This document shows positions 61,075-64,000 of a stretch of 64,000 nt of DNA, piece by piece (the stretch's first letter is position 1; the number at the start of each line of letters is the position of its first letter). Where the stretch lies: the NCBI GenBank assembly GCA_040901865.1, contig JBBDYD010000142.1, positions 22,942 through 86,941 on the forward strand. The letters are read 5' to 3'. Below the pieces are notes generated by a model. It was given only the letters and a program-made list of their open reading frames with translations. It made no database searches and was not told where the DNA came from. Both the position numbers and the translations under genes were made by a program. This DNA comes from Bacteroidota bacterium. Its GTDB lineage: Bacteria > Bacteroidota > Ignavibacteria > UBA10030.

Positions 61075-61555
61075 TGGCTTTGGCCTTTCTTGATACCCAA
61101 GGGTTATTCTTGATTGCGAATCTCCATTTGAATTCAGTTCCCACGCGTATTCCGATTCTTGTCGATGCGATGACTGATTCCCGCCGGGCTCCGCGTTTCC
61201 TCATAACAACAATACTCCCGCGGAGCAAATCTGCTCCATTCTCGGATCGACCCAATCCAAACGCCTGACAGAGTTTCGCCGGTCCGTTTGCAAGGTTGAA
61301 CGTGTTTTTGCCTTTACCAAGTCTCCGATTTCGACTCATTATCTCGATCCCTTCCTGCGGCTCAAGCGCCCGCAGTAACACTGCCTCGCCGATTCCCTCG
61401 GGTCTTGTAACGACGTTCGCACAAAAGTGCATTCCGTACGTGAAGTAAACGTAGAGATGTCCCCCCTCGTGAAACATCACCTCATTGCGTTTGGTTTTGC
61501 CGCGAAATGCATGACTTGCAGGGTCGCGTTTCCCCAAATACGCCTCCACTTCCAC
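61055..61555 (-). CDS. DNA-3-methyladenine glycosylase (Mpg/AAG family). The called GTG start truncates a conserved N-terminus that continues in frame to about 61696
   Basis: EVEAYLG...HAF.G.T.RN..MF..GG..YVY..YG...C.NVV motifs. The frame immediately upstream encodes FSRLPRSFYLRPTLAVARDLLGKYFVRK, a typical Mpg N-terminus, but contains no ATG, GTG or TTG. Confidence 0.8.
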   Translation of the reverse strand: MEVEAYLGKRDPASHAFRGKTKRNEVMFHEGGHLYVYFTYGMHFCANVVTRPEGIGEAVLLRALEPQEGIEIMSRNRRLGKGKNTFNLANGPAKLCQAFGLGRSENGADLLRGSIVVMRKRGARRESVIASTRIGIRVGTEFKWRFAIKNNPWVSRKAKAKLSIGN

Positions 61556-61816
61556 AATCTTGCCAATCAGAATCCGTTTTCCTGACTTTCGAACAAAATA
61601 TTTTCCGAGAAGATCCCTGGCGACTGCGAGTGTTGGACGAAGATAGAAAGATCGTGGGAGACGAGAAAATTGTTGGGAAATTAAAGGAATGGCGAATCAG
61701 CGAGCTTGAGTGGACGAATTGACGAATTAACAAGAAAATGAAAGAACGACCAACGAGAGGAACAAATCAACGGCCAATTACGGAAACCTGAAATCCTTAA
61801 CCTTGAACCTCAAACC

Positions 61817-63511
61817 TCATGACTTCCTGAAATCTCTAATAATCTTGTCGATCTCAGCTTCTGAGATCCCGCTCCCATATTTCGACCGATGTTCGACTGA
61901 TCCCGAATCCTTCTCTTTCCCTGCTCCATCACCCTCATTCGGAGTACCACTCTTTTCTTCCTTCCTCATACTACTTACTGCCTTCTCCTTACTCTCAAAG
62001 GCTTTTAATCCAGGGTTACCTGCCTTGGCCCTTATCCTTTCATCGATAATATCAATCCATGAACTGACAGGTTGACCCGCAGGATTTGCCTTTCCGGAGG
62101 CCAATGGCCGGGTTGGCTCAAGGGTGTGCGGGTTTACGTTCACATTGAGAGGTGGATTGATTGGTCGGGTTTCAAATGCCATCCGTTTGACGTTGATGAG
62201 ATGTCTCGCAGAAACGTTGTCGGATATGATCGATCCGCCAAATGTTCCCGGCCCAAGCGTCATGGAAGGTGTGAGTTCATTTGTATAACCGACGGCTCCC
62301 AGGGCCGCCTGGGTATTGACCAGCACCCGAAATGCCGGTTTTTCCAATCCGAATTTAAGGATAACCTCCGAATCCGACGAATGGATAACCATTGAATGTC
62401 CAATGCCGCCGAACTTCAACATTTCAATGCACCGCTCGCATCCTTCCTGCCAGCCTTTGACAGTGAAGAAGGAGAGGACAGGGGAGAGTTTTTCCCTTGA
62501 AAGAGGATATTCACGCCCGATGGCGGGGAGCTCGGCAATGATGCAGGATGTATCGTGTGGAATCTCGAATCCCGCTTTCTGAGCAATCACATGGGGCGGC
62601 TTGCCGACCACATCGGGATTGATTGCGCCACGGCTATCAAACATTGTCCTGCTCAGACGTTCCCGCTCCTCCGGAGAAACGAAGTAGGCACCGTGATTCT
62701 TGAATTCCTTCATGACGGCCGATTTGATCGGTTCATCAACAATGACCCCGGATTCGCTAGAGCAGAGGACCCCCCAGTCAAACATTTTGCCAGACACAAT
62801 GTCGGCCACGGCCTTTCGTACATTTGCAGTGCGTTCAATGAAGGCCGGTACGTTACCGGAGCCGACTCCGTAGGCCGGTTTTCCGGAGCTATAGGCGGCT
62901 TTGACCATCGGATTCGATCCGGTTGCAAGAATGACCGAAGTGAGCTTATGATGCATCAGCTCATTGGTGCCTTCTATACTACTCACCGACATGCAGGCGA
63001 TCAGTCCGGGAGGCGCCCCGGCTGCTTCCGCCGCTCTTGCAACGATCCTCGCCGCCTCACCAGTGCATTTCACGGCTCTGGGATGCGGACTGGCGACAAA
63101 TCCGTTTCTGCCTTTTACGGAGATGATTGCCTTAAACATCACAGTGGATGTTGGATTTGTTGAAGGGATCAAGGCGGCGACAATTCCCATCGGTTCAGCG
63201 ATTTCGATGATGCGCTTTTCCTGGTCCTCGTTGATGACTCCAACCGTCTTAAGGTCTTTGATGGATTCCCAAACGCGTTTTGTCGCGAACTCGTTCTTCT
63301 TGCGTTTATCCTGCGGTTTCCCAAATCCGGTCTCTTCGTGCGCCATTCTGCCAAGCTGTTCGGCCGCGGCATAACCGGCATCCGCCATTGCCTTGACGAC
63401 GGCGTCAACCTTTTCCTGCGTAAAGCTACGGAACGCCAGCTGGGCTTCCTTGGCTTTCGTGAGCAATTCACGGGCTTCTTGAACGGATTGGAGGTCTTTA
63501 TCGAGAGACAT
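61817..63511 (-). CDS. CoA-acylating aldehyde dehydrogenase (EutE/PduP-like) with a roughly 110-aa low-complexity C-terminal extension ending in amphipathic helices
   Basis: The core aligns to acylating ALDHs (catalytic Cys in GVLCSSES; NAD fold AALIPSTNPTS). I placed the start at the internal Met (MSLDKDLQSVQEAREL). The tail is Pro/Gly/Lys-rich and ends SGISEAEIDKIIRDFRKS. Confidence 0.8.
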   Translation of the reverse strand: MSLDKDLQSVQEARELLTKAKEAQLAFRSFTQEKVDAVVKAMADAGYAAAEQLGRMAHEETGFGKPQDKRKKNEFATKRVWESIKDLKTVGVINEDQEKRIIEIAEPMGIVAALIPSTNPTSTVMFKAIISVKGRNGFVASPHPRAVKCTGEAARIVARAAEAAGAPPGLIACMSVSSIEGTNELMHHKLTSVILATGSNPMVKAAYSSGKPAYGVGSGNVPAFIERTANVRKAVADIVSGKMFDWGVLCSSESGVIVDEPIKSAVMKEFKNHGAYFVSPEERERLSRTMFDSRGAINPDVVGKPPHVIAQKAGFEIPHDTSCIIAELPAIGREYPLSREKLSPVLSFFTVKGWQEGCERCIEMLKFGGIGHSMVIHSSDSEVILKFGLEKPAFRVLVNTQAALGAVGYTNELTPSMTLGPGTFGGSIISDNVSARHLINVKRMAFETRPINPPLNVNVNPHTLEPTRPLASGKANPAGQPVSSWIDIIDERIRAKAGNPGLKAFESKEKAVSSMRKEEKSGTPNEGDGAGKEKDSGSVEHRSKYGSGISEAEIDKIIRDFRKS

Positions 63512-63572
63512 GAAGGAATGAATTGAAATTGAGAAGAAGGTAAACGAAATTCGAAGAGAACGCAAGGGGTGA

Positions 63573-63621
63573 TCGGAGGTCGGAAGTCAGAGGTCAGAGA
63601 TCGGAAGTCAAAGGTCGGATG
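63573..63621 (+). repeat. Seven tandem purine-rich heptamers (TCRRARR)x7 running into the start codon of the next gene
   Basis: tcggagg tcggaag tcagagg tcagaga tcggaag tcaaagg tcggATG. Each unit contains a GGAGG/GGAAG SD-like core. Confidence 0.7.
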
Positions 63622-64000
63622 AAGCGGAAACTTGATTGGTTGTTGAAGTCCAAGGGTATTTCCATTATTTTTGAAGACGAAGCGGTCATCGTTCTCGACA
63701 AACCCTCGCCGTTTCTTGTTCTTCCGGACCGCTATGATGAGTTGATTCCGAATTTATACGGAATTCTGAACGGCGAGCTTGGTAAGATCTTTGTTGTCCA
63801 TCAGATCGACAAGGAAACAAGCGGTCTTATCGTGTTCGCGAAGACCCCGGAAGTTCACAAAGCGTTAAGTGAACAGTTTGAGGGCCATACGGTCAAGAAG
63901 ACCTACGAGGCAATTGTGAGGGGACATCCGGAACGGTCAAACGGTCGGATCGAATTGCCGATCAGAGAGAAGCAACCGGGATTCATGGCGCTGGACTGGA
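63619..64000 (+). CDS. RluA-family pseudouridine synthase, 5' part (continues past the window end)
   Basis: My translation from ATG 63619 gives MKRKLDWLLKSKGISIIFEDEAVIVLDKPSPFLVLPDRYDE...IFVVHQIDKETSGLIVFAKT (catalytic-Asp motif HQID/RLD-like). It is absent from the ORF track because no stop falls inside the window. Confidence 0.7.
   Translation, partial: MKRKLDWLLKSKGISIIFEDEAVIVLDKPSPFLVLPDRYDELIPNLYGILNGELGKIFVVHQIDKETSGLIVFAKTPEVHKALSEQFEGHTVKKTYEAIVRGHPERSNGRIELPIREKQPGFMALDW

Overview
This 64 kb window is a contiguous chromosomal segment from a bacterium of moderate GC content (about 55% by eye). Most genes on both strands are preceded by AAGGAGG-type Shine-Dalgarno sequences. The window is gene-dense, with about 70 CDS. 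I found no rRNA, tRNA, CRISPR array, transposase or integrase.

Gene content, from left to right:
- 1-599: the 3' end of a lipid-kinase gene.
- 782-8140: two ECF sigma/anti-sigma pairs. The first carries two secreted DUF4097 proteins. The second is divergent from a secreted VWA protein.
- 4012-16302: a dense signal-transduction block. It holds a hybrid kinase-like protein whose H-box histidine is replaced, a Pro-rich protein with a degenerate receiver domain, a CheY-like protein, a 956-aa hybrid kinase, a REC-HK protein, a REC-pseudokinase and a CxxC protein.
- 16467-20680: a PilC/GspF platform protein, a PilB/GspE ATPase and two small proteins with N-terminal hydrophobic helices. This block runs straight on from the signalling genes with no strand change.
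- 21131-30176, minus strand: a complete collinear haem operon (hemX-like, hemA, hemC, hemD, hemE, hemF, hemH, hemY) plus a trailing secreted protein.
- 30363-34309: an M20 peptidase, a cNMP-binding/DUF1003 protein, a PduO-type adenosyltransferase, a CBS-pair protein and a 2x[4Fe-4S] ferredoxin.
- 34484-44999: an 11-subunit complex I operon (nuoABCD-HIJKLMN) with no nuoE, nuoF or nuoG.
- 45074-48987: a single-domain response regulator, coaX, birA and an M28 peptidase.
- 49325-55711: a heat-shock block of three tandem hsp20 genes, dnaK (with no grpE or dnaJ next to it), an 80-aa membrane protein and clpB.
- 55938-64000: rsmB, a DUF58 protein, uvrA, a 3-methyladenine glycosylase, a CoA-acylating aldehyde dehydrogenase with a long C-terminal tail, and the 5' end of an RluA-family pseudouridine synthase.

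The most unusual feature is the signalling block feeding directly into a stripped-down type IV filament-like module (platform, ATPase, two pilin-like genes). No secretin, prepilin peptidase, PilM/N/O/P or retraction ATPase is visible anywhere in the window.

Other oddities:
- The glycosylase reading frame continues upstream through a conserved N-terminus that has no canonical start codon.
- The aldehyde dehydrogenase C-terminal tail ends in a helix that reads like a microcompartment encapsulation peptide.
- Seven tandem purine-rich heptamers sit on a start codon.
- A 450-nt gene-free region carries its own strong terminator.
- A CA-rich structured spacer lies between clpB and rsmB.
- The three-fold hsp20 array has no recognisable CIRCE operator.
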